Origin: an uncultured Alphaproteobacteria bacterium
GTDB lineage: Bacteria; Pseudomonadota; Alphaproteobacteria; JAPULJ01
Length of the DNA stretch: 62,304 bases
Direction of reading: 5' to 3'
Assembly: GCA_964494065.1 (NCBI GenBank)
Contig: CAZBRE010000005.1
Location: 1-62,304, forward strand
Made by a program: the position numbers and the translations under genes. Position 1 is the first letter of the stretch; every line of letters starts with the position of its first letter. The notes under the pieces are model-generated. The model was not told the origin of the DNA and ran no database searches. It was given only the letters and a program-made list of their open reading frames with translations. This document shows positions 1 to 11,220 of this stretch, piece by piece.

Positions 1-77
<77 letters not shown>

Positions 78-190
78 TCATGATCGAGGTCTCGCCGAGC
101 CATTCGGCGCCGGCACGCCAAGCGGAACTTAGTGGACCGGGAATGGCTGCGCAATGCCTGCCGATCAAGGATCGGACAGGCTCATCTGAG

Positions 191-628
191 CTATGAGCTT
201 TGCAGCATCGCGCGCAGATTGGTGAGCTCGCTGAGAGCCGCCTCCAGGGTCTGCCTTTGCTTCAGTGACAATCCCGCCGCTGCGGGCGTCTCGGTTGAGG
301 GCTCGGACTTGGTTTGAGCGGACCGCTCAAGCGATTCGCCGAGCGAGCGAACCCCGCCTTCCCGCAACAGCTTCTGTACACCGCGGATCGTGTAACCTTC
401 GGTGTATAGAAGGTCGCGGATATTGCGGAGCAAATCCACATCCTCCGGACGATAGTACCGCCGCCCGCCACCCCGCTTGAGCGGCTTGATCTGGGAGAAC
501 TTCGATTCCCAGAAACGCAGGACGTGCTGCGGCACATCCAGGGCTTGGGAAACTTCGCTGATCGTGCGGAATGCCGACGCGGATTTGGCCAAGGGTTTGC
601 TCGCGCGTGTTGGGGTCGGCTCGGCCAT
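191..628 (-). CDS. MerR-family transcriptional regulator (ihfA-linked type)
   Basis: [25 protein letters not shown]...GGRRYY MerR HTH; start chosen at ATG 628 just after the ihfA stop (the ORF-track extension to 994 is ihfA overlap). Confidence 0.9.
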   Translation of the reverse strand: MAEPTPTRASKPLAKSASAFRTISEVSQALDVPQHVLRFWESKFSQIKPLKRGGGRRYYRPEDVDLLRNIRDLLYTEGYTIRGVQKLLREGGVRSLGESLERSAQTKSEPSTETPAAAGLSLKQRQTLEAALSELTNLRAMLQSS

Positions 629-630
629 GC

Positions 631-948
631 TCAGCTGGCCCCGCGTCCGCCGGACAACATGGCGTTGATGCGGTCCTTCAAGACATGCGAGGCACGAAAC
701 ACCAAAACCTTGCGAGGAAGAATCGGCACTTCCTCTCCGGTCTTCGGGTTGCGGCCGGTCCGCTGTCCCTTCTCGCGTACGATGAAACTGCCGAAGGATG
801 AAATCTTGACGCCTTCTCCGCCAGCGAGCGCGTCGGCGATCTCCTCCAAGACCGACTCGACCAATGCGGTTGAGTCGCTGCGCGAGAGACCGACTTCCTG
901 GTAGACCGCCTCGCCTAGCTGAGCGCGGGTGACTGTCTTTGACGCCAT
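631..948 (-). CDS. ihfA: Integration host factor subunit alpha
   Basis: [17 protein letters not shown]...VKISSFGSF...[12 protein letters not shown]. Confidence 0.95.
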   Translation of the reverse strand: MASKTVTRAQLGEAVYQEVGLSRSDSTALVESVLEEIADALAGGEGVKISSFGSFIVREKGQRTGRNPKTGEEVPILPRKVLVFRASHVLKDRINAMLSGGRGAS

Positions 949-1048
949 GCTCCCCCCTGTTCAAAACCGTACCGTCCGGGACCGACCTCGTCAATCGCGG
1001 AACTAAAGGATTCTTGCGCGTTGTGCCGGATAGAACACACTCCGATGC

Positions 1049-2026
1049 TCACCAGCGTATGATCGCCGAGCCCCAGGAAAGCCCGCCGCCGATCGCTTCG
1101 CACAGCACAACCTGTCCTGGTTTGATGCGACCATCCTTTACGCCCTGCGCCAGAGCGAGCGGGATCGATGCCGCGGAGGTATTGGCATGATCCTGCACGG
1201 TCAGGATCACGCGCTCGGGCGGAAGGCCGAGCTTCCTGGCCGTGCCATCGATGATGCGCTTGTTCGCCTGATGCGGAACCAGCCAATCGACCTCGTCGAT
1301 CGACAGATCGTTCGCCTTCAGCGCTTCGTCGACAACCTCCGCCAGCTTCGCCACCGCATGGCGGAAAACCTCAGGGCCCTGCATTCGAAGATGGCCGGTG
1401 GTCTGCGTCGACGATGGCCCGCCGTCCACGTAGAGCAGGTCGTAGTAGCGCCCATCGGTGTGCAGGTGCGTCGACAGGATCCCGCGCTCACCCGCCTCCC
1501 CATTGGACTTCTCCGCCTGAACCACGAGGGCGCCGGCGCCGTCGCCGAACAGAACGCTGGTCGAGCGGTCGGTCCAATCGAGGATGCGGGAATATGTCTC
1601 CGCCCCGATCACGAGCACTGTGCCGGCCTGGCCAAGCTTGATGAAGTTGTCCGCAACGCCCAGCGCATAGATGAACCCGGCGCATACGGCCTGAACATCG
1701 AACGCCGCCCCCCTCGTCACGCCCAGCTCCGCCTGGATGCGGGCGGCGGTGGCGGGAAAGGTTGAATCGGGCGTCGTCGTCGCCAATACGATCATGTCGA
1801 CATCGCCCGGCGCGACCCCGGCATTGGCCAAGGCGTCCTCTGCCGCCAGCCGGCCCAAATCGGAGGTGAGCTCGTCGTCGGCCGCAATGTGTCGCCGCAG
1901 GATCCCGGTGCGCGAGTAGATCCACTCGTCGGACGTATCGACCAACGACGACAGATCTTTGTTGCTCAGGATTTTCTTGGGCAGGTATGCGCCGCTGCCC
2001 CTGATAACCGATCGAATTTGGCTCAC
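1049..2026 (-). CDS. fabH: 3-oxoacyl-ACP synthase III
   Basis: [11 protein letters not shown] (catalytic Cys), PHQAN (His), HANTSAAS (Asn). Confidence 0.97.
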   Translation of the reverse strand: MSQIRSVIRGSGAYLPKKILSNKDLSSLVDTSDEWIYSRTGILRRHIAADDELTSDLGRLAAEDALANAGVAPGDVDMIVLATTTPDSTFPATAARIQAELGVTRGAAFDVQAVCAGFIYALGVADNFIKLGQAGTVLVIGAETYSRILDWTDRSTSVLFGDGAGALVVQAEKSNGEAGERGILSTHLHTDGRYYDLLYVDGGPSSTQTTGHLRMQGPEVFRHAVAKLAEVVDEALKANDLSIDEVDWLVPHQANKRIIDGTARKLGLPPERVILTVQDHANTSAASIPLALAQGVKDGRIKPGQVVLCEAIGGGLSWGSAIIRW

Positions 2027-3075
2027 GACGCCGCGGCCTGTTGTCCGGTCGGATCGGCTTCGTGCAAGCTCTCGATTTCGGTCTTGATCTGCTCGATGAA
2101 CCCGTTCTTGGCCATATCGACTGCTACCCCGATTGCGGTCGCGAAGGCCAAGGCGTCGGATCCGCCGTGAGCCTTTACGGAAATGCCCCTCAAACCCAAA
2201 AACACAGCACCATTGTACCGTCGCGGGTCGACGCGCGCCCGCAACTTCTTCAATGCGCGGCGCGAAAAAAGATAACCAATGCGCGACATCACCGAATTGC
2301 GAAACGCCTCGCGGAGAAACTCCGTGTAGAGCTTCGCGGTACCCTCCGCGGTCTTCAATGCGATATTCCCGCTGAACCCATCGGCGACGACGACGTCGAC
2401 CGTTCCTGCCGCGATATCGTCGCCTTCCACAAACCCGTGAAATCTCAGCGGATGATGGAGCTCGCGCAGCATGCTTGCCGCGGTGCGAACCGAATCGTTT
2501 CCCTTCAGCTCCTCAGAGCCGACGTTCAACAGACCCACGGTGGGCTCCAGCGCGCCCAGCACGGTGCGCGCGAAGACTTCGCCCATAATCGCAAACTGCA
2601 CGAGATTCTCGGCGGTGCATTCGACATTCGCGCCCAAATCGAGCATGACGCTTTCGCCGCGCAGCGTCGGAAAGAACGAGGCCATCGCGGGACGGTCGAT
2701 CCCGGCGAGGGTCTTGAGGGAGAATTTCGACATCGCCATCAGCGCGCCGGTGTTCCCAGCCGACACCACACCCTCAGCCTCACCGTCACGCACGGCGTCG
2801 ATTGCAAGCCGCATGCTGGAGTCGCGGCCCGAGCGCAGCGCCACCGACGGCTTTTCTTCCGGCGCGACGGCCGAGGTCGTGTGCTGAATTGAGATTGCCT
2901 TTTGCAGGCTGCGGCGGCGCTTGACCAGCGGCCTTATCCGCGCCTCGTCGCCAAACACAAGAAAGCGGGCGTCGGGCCAGCGGCGTCGGGCGACGTTGGC
3001 CCCTCTCAGCACGCTTTTTGGCGCGTTGTCGCCGCCCATCGCATCCAGCGCAATCGTGAGTTGGGGGGTGCCCAC
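2023..3075 (-). CDS. plsX: Phosphate acyltransferase PlsX
   Basis: [33 protein letters not shown] motifs; rpmF-plsX-fabH order. Confidence 0.97.
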   Translation of the reverse strand: MGTPQLTIALDAMGGDNAPKSVLRGANVARRRWPDARFLVFGDEARIRPLVKRRRSLQKAISIQHTTSAVAPEEKPSVALRSGRDSSMRLAIDAVRDGEAEGVVSAGNTGALMAMSKFSLKTLAGIDRPAMASFFPTLRGESVMLDLGANVECTAENLVQFAIMGEVFARTVLGALEPTVGLLNVGSEELKGNDSVRTAASMLRELHHPLRFHGFVEGDDIAAGTVDVVVADGFSGNIALKTAEGTAKLYTEFLREAFRNSVMSRIGYLFSRRALKKLRARVDPRRYNGAVFLGLRGISVKAHGGSDALAFATAIGVAVDMAKNGFIEQIKTEIESLHEADPTGQQAAAS

Positions 3076-3115
3076 GTCAAATTACCAGTGGCTCGTATCC
3101 GACACGGATACTGCC

Positions 3116-3301
3116 CTAAACCGTGTCCTTGGGCTCCACGACCTGACGGCCACGGTACATACCGCTCACCAGATCCACGTGGTGCGGCCGGCGCAGCTCA
3201 CCGCTGTCCTTGTCTTCGACGTAGCTCACGGGCTTAAGCGCGTCGTGCGAACGCCGCATGTTACGCCGGGATTTCGATTTCTTCTTCTTGGGAACTGCCA
3301 T
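3116..3301 (-). CDS. rpmF: 50S ribosomal protein L32
   Basis: [19 protein letters not shown]...RRPHHV. Confidence 0.96.
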   Translation of the reverse strand: MAVPKKKKSKSRRNMRRSHDALKPVSYVEDKDSGELRRPHHVDLVSGMYRGRQVVEPKDTV

Positions 3302-3371
3302 GACAAGTGCTTTCCTGAGGTGCCCAGAGGCGTTGACTATCTATCCAAAATTCCGCTTTGCCACAAGCGCC

Positions 3372-3929
3372 TTAGCGATCTCGCTTGGAGGCGCGCTGCT
3401 TTGAGGTCAGCTCGGCCAATCCCGCGAACGGCCGCTGCTTCGGTTCGGGCTCGCCGTCCTCCGGCGGACCCTCGAATTCAGCGCCTTCGCGCCGGGGATA
3501 GGGGTCGAGCGACAGGCCCAGATGCTCCGTGGCGGCTTCGCCGATGTCGATTGTGCCATCTAGGACCGGATCGGGCCACAACTCGTCGTCCATGGTCAAA
3601 TCGCCCCCAGGCTGGCCATCCCGCGACGCCTCGGAGTAATAGACCTCGAACCTCTCCTGGATCGTCGACGGCACAGGCTCGAGCGAAACCACGCATTCCT
3701 GGACCACATCCGCCTCGATCGAGCCCTCCAGGTGGATCAGGCCGATCGGCGTGCGGCGAAGCGAAATATCGGCCTCGAAGCGCTCGACAGCCAGGATGTC
3801 GAATCGGGTTGCTATGGCCGAACGGGCGGCCTCGTCGGCCTTCAGATGGGCCCGCCAAGGTGTGCGCTTTATCTCGCTCGCATCCACAAGACGCGAGAAT
3901 TCCGCACCGATCGGCAGCCTTTCGACCAT
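3372..3929 (-). CDS. YceD/DUF177 family protein
   Basis: VVQECVVSLEPV and IDIGEAATEHLGLSLDPYPR motifs; upstream of rpmF; start set at ATG 3929. Confidence 0.85.
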   Translation of the reverse strand: MVERLPIGAEFSRLVDASEIKRTPWRAHLKADEAARSAIATRFDILAVERFEADISLRRTPIGLIHLEGSIEADVVQECVVSLEPVPSTIQERFEVYYSEASRDGQPGGDLTMDDELWPDPVLDGTIDIGEAATEHLGLSLDPYPRREGAEFEGPPEDGEPEPKQRPFAGLAELTSKQRASKRDR

Positions 3930-4026
3930 CGAGCAAACTCCAAGATCCCTGGAAGTGTCAAAGGGGCCGCACCCCTCCGCACGACCCACAAGATGGGACG
4001 GGTTTCCCCTGACCGCAACCCCTTGA

Positions 4027-4575
4027 TTATGCCGAAATTTCAGCCGGCGGCCCGAAGCGGACGCGGCCCGCAAGCAGCTCTGCATCCCCGATATCGGCCA
4101 ACGCCTCAATCTCCCGCCGCAGATAATGCGACAGCGCCATCGCAGCTTGGCTCGCAGCGGCGTCATGGCCGAAAACATTGCGTTCCACGGCCGATGCCAG
4201 CGCATCGTTATCGCCCGCCCCAAGGCCGCGATCATAGGCCTCCACGCTGCCATAGAAGCGCTTGGCCATGCGCTTGACCTGCTTGCCGACGCTCAAGTCG
4301 CCAACGCCAATTTCGCGCAGGTTTCGGTCCATGTCGGCAAACATCTGATCGAACAAGGATTGAGCGATCTTGGCTCCGTCCTCGCCGGCATCACGCAGAC
4401 GGCGGATGACCAGATAGGCATGCAGCACGATCATCTCGAACCGGGCATCCAGCGTATCCGGCACGCCGTCGGGACCGTAAAATGCCGGCTGCCGTGCCTG
4501 CTCGACCAAGGTCAAATAGAGGTCGCTGGCGGCCCGATCCGCAGGAGCTCGTCCAAAAATCGGGGCTAGTCGCAC
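4027..4575 (-). CDS. Ubiquinol-cytochrome c chaperone (Cbp3-like)
   Basis: LVEQARQPAFY...VPDTLDARFEMIVLH...DMDRNLREIGVGDLSVGKQVK. Confidence 0.9.
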   Translation of the reverse strand: MRLAPIFGRAPADRAASDLYLTLVEQARQPAFYGPDGVPDTLDARFEMIVLHAYLVIRRLRDAGEDGAKIAQSLFDQMFADMDRNLREIGVGDLSVGKQVKRMAKRFYGSVEAYDRGLGAGDNDALASAVERNVFGHDAAASQAAMALSHYLRREIEALADIGDAELLAGRVRFGPPAEISA

Positions 4576-4731
4576 GGCCGCGCCCTCCCGATACCTGCGA
4601 TCTCACAGGTTGACAGGGCGCATACCCGGTGCGATTTTTTGCCCAGCCTAAGCAATCGCAGCGGGATTGACCCAACTGTCGCCCGATTATTTCGAGCCGA
4701 CGACAATAACGTGCGCGCAACCGAGGTTGGC

Positions 4732-5187
4732 ATGATGAAACGCATTCTAGTTCTCAGTGCTGCAGTGTCGGCCATGGTCGTTCTTGGCGCCTGCGCGCCG
4801 CGGGTGGCGACGCTCGGCAATGCGCCGCGCAAGGATCAGCTGGAGAAGGTCAAACCCGGACAAACCAAGGAACAGGTCCGCCAAGCTTTGGGGTCGCCCT
4901 CCTCCGTCGCGATGTTCGACAAGAACATTTGGTACTACATCAGCAAGCGCGAAGAGAGCTACGCGTTCTTCAAGCCCACGGTCAAGGAGCAAAAGGTCCT
5001 CATTGTTCGCTTCACGGAAACCGGGCACGTCAGGGAAGTGAAACGCCTCAGCCTCGCCGACGCCCATGACGTCAAATATGTCGACCAAGAGACCCCGACC
5101 CTCGGCCGCGAGGATGGCGTGCTGACATCGTTGATGCGGATTATCACAGATCAGCGCGGCATTCTGGCCCCGCGCGGCGGCCGCTAG
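4732..5187 (+). CDS. bamE: Outer membrane protein assembly lipoprotein BamE
   Basis: Lipobox VLGAC, then GQTKEQVRQALGSPSS...WYYIS; start ATG 4732. Confidence 0.9.
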   Translation: MMKRILVLSAAVSAMVVLGACAPRVATLGNAPRKDQLEKVKPGQTKEQVRQALGSPSSVAMFDKNIWYYISKREESYAFFKPTVKEQKVLIVRFTETGHVREVKRLSLADAHDVKYVDQETPTLGREDGVLTSLMRIITDQRGILAPRGGR

Positions 5188-5219
5188 ACGCTTAAAGGTC
5201 CAAACAGCCACAAACAATC

Positions 5220-5253
5220 AAAAGCCCCGGAGGTTAGCCTCCGGGGCTTTTTT
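5220..5253. terminator. Bidirectional rho-independent terminator
   Basis: AAAGCCCCGGAGG-ttag-CCTCCGGGGCTTT(TTT) between convergent bamE and hppA. Confidence 0.9.
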
Positions 5254-5277
5254 CGAGAACCAGTTCGTGGCGGCGGA

Positions 5278-7389
5278 TTAGTGCGCAAGCACCGCCAGCA
5301 GGAGCAATGCCACGATATTGGTGATCTTGATCATCGGATTGACGGCCGGACCCGCGGTGTCCTTGTAGGGATCGCCCACGGTATCACCCGTCACAGCCGC
5401 CTTGTGGGCCTCTGAGCCCTTGCCGCCGTAGTTGCCGTCTTCGATGAACTTCTTGGCGTTATCCCATGCGCCACCGCCGGCGGTCATCGAAATCGCAACG
5501 AACAGGCCGGTGATGATGACGCCAAGCAGCATCGCGCCCAGGGCCGAGAATGCAGCCGACTTGCCGCCGATAGCCTGGATGATGAAGTAGAGCACGATCG
5601 GGCTCAGCACCGGCAGGAGCGACGGCACGATCATCTCCTTGATCGCCGAGCGTGTCAGGAGATCGACGCAACGCCCATATTCCGGCTTTCCGCTGCCCTC
5701 CATGATCCCAGGGATTTCCCGAAATTGGCGCCGCACTTCTTCCACGACCTGGCCGCCCGCGCGACCAACCGCCATCATCGCGATCGAGCCGAACAGATAG
5801 GGCAACAAGCCGCCGATGAAGAGCCCGACGACCACGTAGGGATTGGAGAGCGAGAAATCGACATTCACGCCTTGGAAGTACGGGAACTCGGCGGCCTTGG
5901 AGCCGAAGAACTTCAGATCTTCCGTATAGGCGGCGAACAGCACCAGCGCACCCAGGCCGGCCGAGCCGATCGCATACCCTTTGGTCACGGCCTTGGTCGT
6001 ATTGCCCACGGCATCGAGAGCATCTGTCGTGTTCCGGACTTCCTCCGGCAAATCGGCCATCTCCGCAATGCCACCTGCGTTGTCTGTCACCGGACCATAG
6101 GCATCGAGGGCGACCACCATGCCGGCCAGCGCCAGCATCGTTGTGACCGCGATGGCAATGCCGAACAGTCCCGCCAGCAAATAGGTAACGATGATGCCAG
6201 CGACGATGATCAGCGCCGGTATCGCCGTCGCCTCCATCGAGACGGCCAGTCCCTGGATCACGTTGGTCGCGTGACCCGTGGTCGAGGCCTTCGCGACGCT
6301 TTGAACCGGACGATACTCGGTGCCGGTGTAGTACTCGGTGATCCAGATCAGGAGACCCGTCACGACGAGGCCGACGACGCCGCAGTAGTAAAGATAGCGG
6401 CCGGTAAACGACTTCGCGCCAACCGTGAACTGCGTGTCCATACCGACCACATAGTCGGTAACGGGCCAAAGTATGATGACCGACAGCACCGCCGAGGCGA
6501 CAAAGCCCTTGTAGAGCGCCGCCATAATCTTCTGGCTGCTGCCCAGCCGGACGAAGAAGGTGCCGATGATGGATGTGATGATGCAGGCGCCGCCGATGGT
6601 CAGCGGGTAGAGCATCATCTTCGAGACCGTTGCCGGATCACTGGCAAAGAAGATCGAGGCCAGCACCATGGTCGCCACGATCGTCACCGCATAGGTCTCG
6701 AAAAGGTCGGCCGCCATGCCGGCGCAATCGCCGACGTTGTCGCCCACATTGTCGGCGATCACGGCTGGGTTCCGGGGATCGTCCTCGGGAATGCCCGCTT
6801 CGACCTTGCCCACGAGATCGGCCCCGACATCCGCACCTTTGGTGAAGATGCCGCCACCCAAACGGGCGAAAATGGAGATCAGCGAGGCACCGAAGCCAAG
6901 CGCCACCAGCGCATCGATCAATTGGCGTCCGGTCGATCCGCTCGACAGCAGGAACGTGTAGTAACCGGCAACCGCGAGCAGAGCCAATCCGGCCACCAAC
7001 ATGCCGGTAACCGCGCCGGCGCGAAACGAGATGCTGAGCCCCTTGGCCAGGCTTTCGCGCGCCGCTTCAGCGGTCCGCACATTGGCCCGAACAGAGACGT
7101 TCATGCCGATGTAGCCGGTCGCGCCCGAGAGAAACGCACCGATCAAATAGCCAAGCCCGACCTTGAAGCCGAGAGTGACCCAAACGATCACGAAGATGAC
7201 AAGCCCGACCGCGGCGATGGTCGTGTATTGCCGATTCAGGTAGGCCCGTGCGCCTTCCTGCACCGCGCCCGCAATTTCCTGCATACGTTCTGAGCCGGCC
7301 GGCGCACTGAGCACCGAGCGCGATGCCCAAACACCGTAAAGCACCGCCAGCACGCCACAGGCGAGCACGATCCAAAGCAGCTGAGACAT
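5278..7389 (-). CDS. hppA: Membrane H+-translocating pyrophosphatase, K+-independent type
   Basis: [20 protein letters not shown] and GNTTKA motifs; many hydrophobic segments; start ATG 7389. Confidence 0.95.
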   Translation of the reverse strand: MSQLLWIVLACGVLAVLYGVWASRSVLSAPAGSERMQEIAGAVQEGARAYLNRQYTTIAAVGLVIFVIVWVTLGFKVGLGYLIGAFLSGATGYIGMNVSVRANVRTAEAARESLAKGLSISFRAGAVTGMLVAGLALLAVAGYYTFLLSSGSTGRQLIDALVALGFGASLISIFARLGGGIFTKGADVGADLVGKVEAGIPEDDPRNPAVIADNVGDNVGDCAGMAADLFETYAVTIVATMVLASIFFASDPATVSKMMLYPLTIGGACIITSIIGTFFVRLGSSQKIMAALYKGFVASAVLSVIILWPVTDYVVGMDTQFTVGAKSFTGRYLYYCGVVGLVVTGLLIWITEYYTGTEYRPVQSVAKASTTGHATNVIQGLAVSMEATAIPALIIVAGIIVTYLLAGLFGIAIAVTTMLALAGMVVALDAYGPVTDNAGGIAEMADLPEEVRNTTDALDAVGNTTKAVTKGYAIGSAGLGALVLFAAYTEDLKFFGSKAAEFPYFQGVNVDFSLSNPYVVVGLFIGGLLPYLFGSIAMMAVGRAGGQVVEEVRRQFREIPGIMEGSGKPEYGRCVDLLTRSAIKEMIVPSLLPVLSPIVLYFIIQAIGGKSAAFSALGAMLLGVIITGLFVAISMTAGGGAWDNAKKFIEDGNYGGKGSEAHKAAVTGDTVGDPYKDTAGPAVNPMIKITNIVALLLLAVLAH

Positions 7390-7594
7390 TTCTAATGGAA
7401 TCCTTTGTTGCTGGTCGTTTGCGCGCGAAGGAATCCAACGGCGCTGGTCAGCAGCCCCTCCCCCCGGCGTAAAAGCCGGGCGGACCATGCCAGAAATCCA
7501 CGAGCCGTGCAATGGCCCCGCAGAGACCGGTCCGCCCCTTGGGACCTCAGCACCAAGCTACTGATTCAGATAGATAACTTCGGACTGACCGCGG

Positions 7595-8038
7595 CTAAAA
7601 ACGCCGGTTGGCAGCCGCCTGGATCAAAATGGCTTTGATCTTGCCCTCTCCAACAATCCGCGCCGAGGCTTTCATGAGCAGAGCCTTCAGCTCGGGCAAT
7701 TTGACGTTGTAGAGGATCCGTGGACGGTGGGCGATATGACGGTTCAATGCGCGAATGTATTCATCGCGGAGAGGCGTCAGCTTGCTGGCGATGAGCGGGC
7801 GATATTTGAGATCGTTGAGCTCGAGGTAGATCACCAGAAAGAGATGCCCCTCGAGGCCCTTCCGGCGGATCACGGGCAGAACCAGACGCTCGATCTTGAC
7901 GTATTGAGGCGGGACGGCTGCCTGGGCCGGCCTTGTCGGCAAGGCCTGGCCGATAGCGAACACGAGCAACCCGAATGCAAGAATGCAGACAGACAGGTGC
8001 GGCAATCGGGCCGTTGGCGGATGCATCCAGAATCGCAT
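7595..8038 (-). CDS. FliL-like single-pass periplasmic protein
   Basis: N-terminal hydrophobic segment, then YVKIERLVLPV...LFLVIYLEL...LRDEYIRAL...LKALLMKASARIVGEGKIKAILIQ, the FliL-domain pattern; start uncertain. Confidence 0.55.
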   Translation of the reverse strand: MRFWMHPPTARLPHLSVCILAFGLLVFAIGQALPTRPAQAAVPPQYVKIERLVLPVIRRKGLEGHLFLVIYLELNDLKYRPLIASKLTPLRDEYIRALNRHIAHRPRILYNVKLPELKALLMKASARIVGEGKIKAILIQAAANRRF

Positions 8039-8092
8039 CGGCACAGAATGGCGGCGCCATGGTGAACAAGCGGTAAACGACACCGCCCGGCC

Positions 8093-9082
8093 TCAAAAGT
8101 GGCGGTAACCTTTGCTTTCGATGGCCATGGGCTTGCCATCCTCGCCAAGCACTTCGACGTCAGTCCCCTCGGCGATCCGACCAATTTGGGTGACGGCGAC
8201 GCCGCCCGCCTCTTCCAAGCGTTCAGCCGCCTCAAGCCGGTCCTGAGGAACGCAGAACAGGAGCTCGTAGTCATCACCGCCGGTCAGCAAGGCGCTCAGA
8301 GCGATCCTGCCCTCCGAAATCGCAGCCTTGGCAGGTGGCGAAAGCGGCACCGCGGGCGCCTCGATGACCGCGCCGACCCCCGACGCCTGGCAGATATGAG
8401 CAAGGTCGGCGACCAACCCGTCAGATACATCGACCGCCGCCGTCGCCAATCCGATAAGCGCTCGCCCCAAGGCCAAGCGTGGTTGGGGCAATCGGTACCG
8501 GTCTTCCAGATAGTCACGGTCGCCCGTCGCCAGGCCATCCAAATCCCCCTTCGTGGACTTCAAGCCGAGCGTGCCATCACCGATCGTGCCGGACACGAAC
8601 ACCACATCGCCGGGCCTAGCGCCGGAGCGCTGAAGCGCCTCGCCTGACCTTACGGATCCGATAACGGTGATCGACAGCATGGCCGGTCCGGGCGAAGCAG
8701 AGGTGTCCCCGCCGATCAAACTTATTCCGAAAGCGTCCTGATCGTCCGCCAAACCGGCGGCAATGGCGCCCACCCATTCCGATGACCGTTGCTCGGGCTT
8801 AGCCAGGGTAAGCAAATAGGCGATCGGGGCGGCACCCATTGCCGCCAAGTCGGACAGGTTGTAGCGAAGCACCTTCCGCCCGATCAGCTCCGGCGGGTCG
8901 CTTTCGGTGAAATGAACGCCTTCCACCGCCATATCGGCGGCAAGTACCAGTGCCTGTCCAGGTTCGGTTTCGAGTAGGGCCGCATCGTCCAACAGGCCGA
9001 GCGAACCCGGCGACGATCGCGCCAGCGGCGCGAAATACCTCGCTATCAGCGCGAACTCATCCGGTTCCGGCGAAGGCGGCAC
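8093..9082 (-). CDS. thiL: Thiamine-monophosphate kinase
   Basis: DEFALIARYF, DDAALL, NLSDLAAMGA, GGDT, DVSDGL, GGDDYELLF; GTG start at 9082 inferred. Confidence 0.95.
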   Translation of the reverse strand: MPPSPEPDEFALIARYFAPLARSSPGSLGLLDDAALLETEPGQALVLAADMAVEGVHFTESDPPELIGRKVLRYNLSDLAAMGAAPIAYLLTLAKPEQRSSEWVGAIAAGLADDQDAFGISLIGGDTSASPGPAMLSITVIGSVRSGEALQRSGARPGDVVFVSGTIGDGTLGLKSTKGDLDGLATGDRDYLEDRYRLPQPRLALGRALIGLATAAVDVSDGLVADLAHICQASGVGAVIEAPAVPLSPPAKAAISEGRIALSALLTGGDDYELLFCVPQDRLEAAERLEEAGGVAVTQIGRIAEGTDVEVLGEDGKPMAIESKGYRHF

Positions 9083-9581
9083 CTGAGCTTTTCCCCATCT
9101 CGGCGGCCCTGGACTTGCGGCCGATAGTGTCGAGCACACCGTTCACGAAGCCAGGCTCGTCGCCGTCAAAAAAGGCCCGCGCGACGTCGACATATTCGTT
9201 TATCGCGACCTTGGGCGGGATGTCCTTGCGACACAGTATCTCGAATGCACCGCAGCGCAGGATCGCATGCAGGACGCGGTCAATGCGATCAGCGGTCCAG
9301 CCCTTGGTTAGCGCCGCTTCGATCGCTTCGTCGATTTGGGGCCGTGCATCTGAGACGCCGCGGACCAGCTCGGAGAAAAAATCGGGATCGGCCTCGCCAT
9401 ACGACGAACGCGCCTCCGGCGACGAGATGCGATGTTTGACGAATTCCGCCATCACGCGGTCGGCCGGCATGCCCGTCGCATCGATTTGGTATGTCGCCTG
9501 CACGGCCGCGATACGCGCCGAGTGCCGCTTGGCGGGCGCCAGCTTGCCGCTCTCATCATCTGGTTTTTGAGCGTTGCCCAT
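9057..9581 (-). CDS. nusB: Transcription antitermination factor NusB
   Basis: RHSARIAAVQATYQ...INEYVDVARAF...FVNGVLD. Confidence 0.95.
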   Translation of the reverse strand: MGNAQKPDDESGKLAPAKRHSARIAAVQATYQIDATGMPADRVMAEFVKHRISSPEARSSYGEADPDFFSELVRGVSDARPQIDEAIEAALTKGWTADRIDRVLHAILRCGAFEILCRKDIPPKVAINEYVDVARAFFDGDEPGFVNGVLDTIGRKSRAAEMGKSSGAAFAGTG

Positions 9582-9582
9582 C

Positions 9583-10068
9583 TCAGCGCCGCGGGAACAA
9601 TCCGAAATGTCGCTTGAACTCGATCATTTCCAGGCACGCCCGCGCTGCGCTGCCGCCCTTGTTCAGCTTCGACACCGAGGCGCGCTCGTCGGCTTGCTTT
9701 CGATTCTCACAGGTCAAGATGCCATAGCCGATGGCCAGCACAAACTCCAAGGCCAAGTTCTGAAGTCCGCGCGCGCTCTCACTGCAAACGTAGTCATAGT
9801 GGCTCGTATCACCGCGAATGACGCAGCCCAGTGTCACATACCCGTCAAACCTCCGGCGCACCGGATTGAACTCCCGTGACTTGATCGAAATCCGTATCGC
9901 CGCCGGAATCTCGAAGGTGCCGGGCACGGCGAAGCGCTCGTAGGTCACGCCGGCATCATCAAGCACGCCGATGGCACCGCTCGCGAGCTCGTCGGCGAGG
10001 TCCTCGTAGAACCGCGATTCGATGATCATGATGTGCGGAACGTCGGTCGCTTCGGGCTTTTCCGCCAT
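9583..10068 (-). CDS. ribH: 6,7-dimethyl-8-ribityllumazine synthase
   Basis: VPGTFEIP, LGCVIRGDTSHYDYV, QADERA, NKG. Confidence 0.95.
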   Translation of the reverse strand: MAEKPEATDVPHIMIIESRFYEDLADELASGAIGVLDDAGVTYERFAVPGTFEIPAAIRISIKSREFNPVRRRFDGYVTLGCVIRGDTSHYDYVCSESARGLQNLALEFVLAIGYGILTCENRKQADERASVSKLNKGGSAARACLEMIEFKRHFGLFPRR

Positions 10069-11220
10069 TCAGTCCTCCGAAACCGGGATCGGCCGGCGAT
10101 CGGCGATCCGCAAGCCATACCCCTCCAAACCGACCACCTGACGGTTGCTGTTCGTCAGCAAGATCATGTCACGCACGCCGAGGTCCAACAGTATCTGCGC
10201 CCCGACGCCATAGTCACGGAGCTGTATATGGGCCTTGGCTTGGGCCGCCGCTTCCTTCTCCGAGGGCGGGTGCTCGGCGCGCTCGCGAACGCGGTCAGAC
10301 AAGGAATTCGACCACGGCTCGCGGATCAACACGATGACCCCGCGCCCGGCCTCCCCTATGAGCTCCATCGATTTCTGCAGCTCGCCGACCCGGCCTTCCT
10401 TCAAATCGCCCAACACATCACGAAAGACCGACAGCGCGTGCATGCGGACCAGTACCGGCTCGTCAGTCCGGACATTGCCTTTGACCAGCGCCAAATGCTC
10501 TGCGTATGCGGCATTGTTGACGTAGACATAGGTCTTGTACGTCCCGCCGAATCGGCTCTCGAAGGTGGTTTCGACAGTGCGTTCCACGATGCGGTCGTGG
10601 TTCCGGCGATAGGCGATGAGCGAGGCGATGCTCGCGACCTTGAGCCCTTGTTTCTGGGCGAACTGAACGAGGTCGGGCATCCGTGCCATGGTGCCGTCCT
10701 CGTTCATGATCTCGCAGATCACCCCCGACGCATTCAGCCCCGCCAGCCGGGCAATATCGACCGCAGCCTCGGTATGCCCTGCGCGCACGAGCACGCCGCC
10801 CGGGCGTGCGACCAGCGGGAACACATGGCCCGGCGTCACGATGTCTTCGGCATGTTTCGACGGATCGATCGCCGTCGCGATCGTGCGCGCCCGGTCCGGC
10901 GCCGAAATCCCGGTCGTCACGCCGTCGCGCGCTTCGATCGAGATCGTGAAAGCCGTTTCCAGACGCGACTGATTGCGCTTGGCCATCAATGGAAGGCCTA
11001 ACTCCTCGACCCGCTCCCGGGTCAGCGCAAGACAGATCAATCCTCGGCCGTGCATGGCCATGAAATTGATCGCCTCAGGTGTCGCCATCTGCGCGGGCAC
11101 GACAAGGTCGCCCTCGTTTTCCCGATCCTCATCGTCGATCAGGATGAACATATGCCCGTTGCGGGCCTCCTCGATGACCTCCTCGATGTCGGACAGGTAC
11201 TTGCTGTAGTCCACGCTCAT
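10069..11220 (-). CDS. ribB: DHBP synthase fused to a degenerate GTP cyclohydrolase II-like domain (RibBX type)
   Basis: [15 protein letters not shown] RibB motifs; the C-terminal domain lacks the zinc Cys residues; start ATG 11220. Confidence 0.93.
   Translation of the reverse strand: MSVDYSKYLSDIEEVIEEARNGHMFILIDDEDRENEGDLVVPAQMATPEAINFMAMHGRGLICLALTRERVEELGLPLMAKRNQSRLETAFTISIEARDGVTTGISAPDRARTIATAIDPSKHAEDIVTPGHVFPLVARPGGVLVRAGHTEAAVDIARLAGLNASGVICEIMNEDGTMARMPDLVQFAQKQGLKVASIASLIAYRRNHDRIVERTVETTFESRFGGTYKTYVYVNNAAYAEHLALVKGNVRTDEPVLVRMHALSVFRDVLGDLKEGRVGELQKSMELIGEAGRGVIVLIREPWSNSLSDRVRERAEHPPSEKEAAAQAKAHIQLRDYGVGAQILLDLGVRDMILLTNSNRQVVGLEGYGLRIADRRPIPVSED

Noticed and set aside
5725-7293. 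522-aa plus-strand ORF (likewise 27949-29628, 41114-42277, 45902-47437, 56839-58026 and similar)
   Set aside because: Antisense shadows of hppA, icmF, the HerA-like gene, icd and alaS, produced by high-GC codon bias; no motifs and no plausible RBS.
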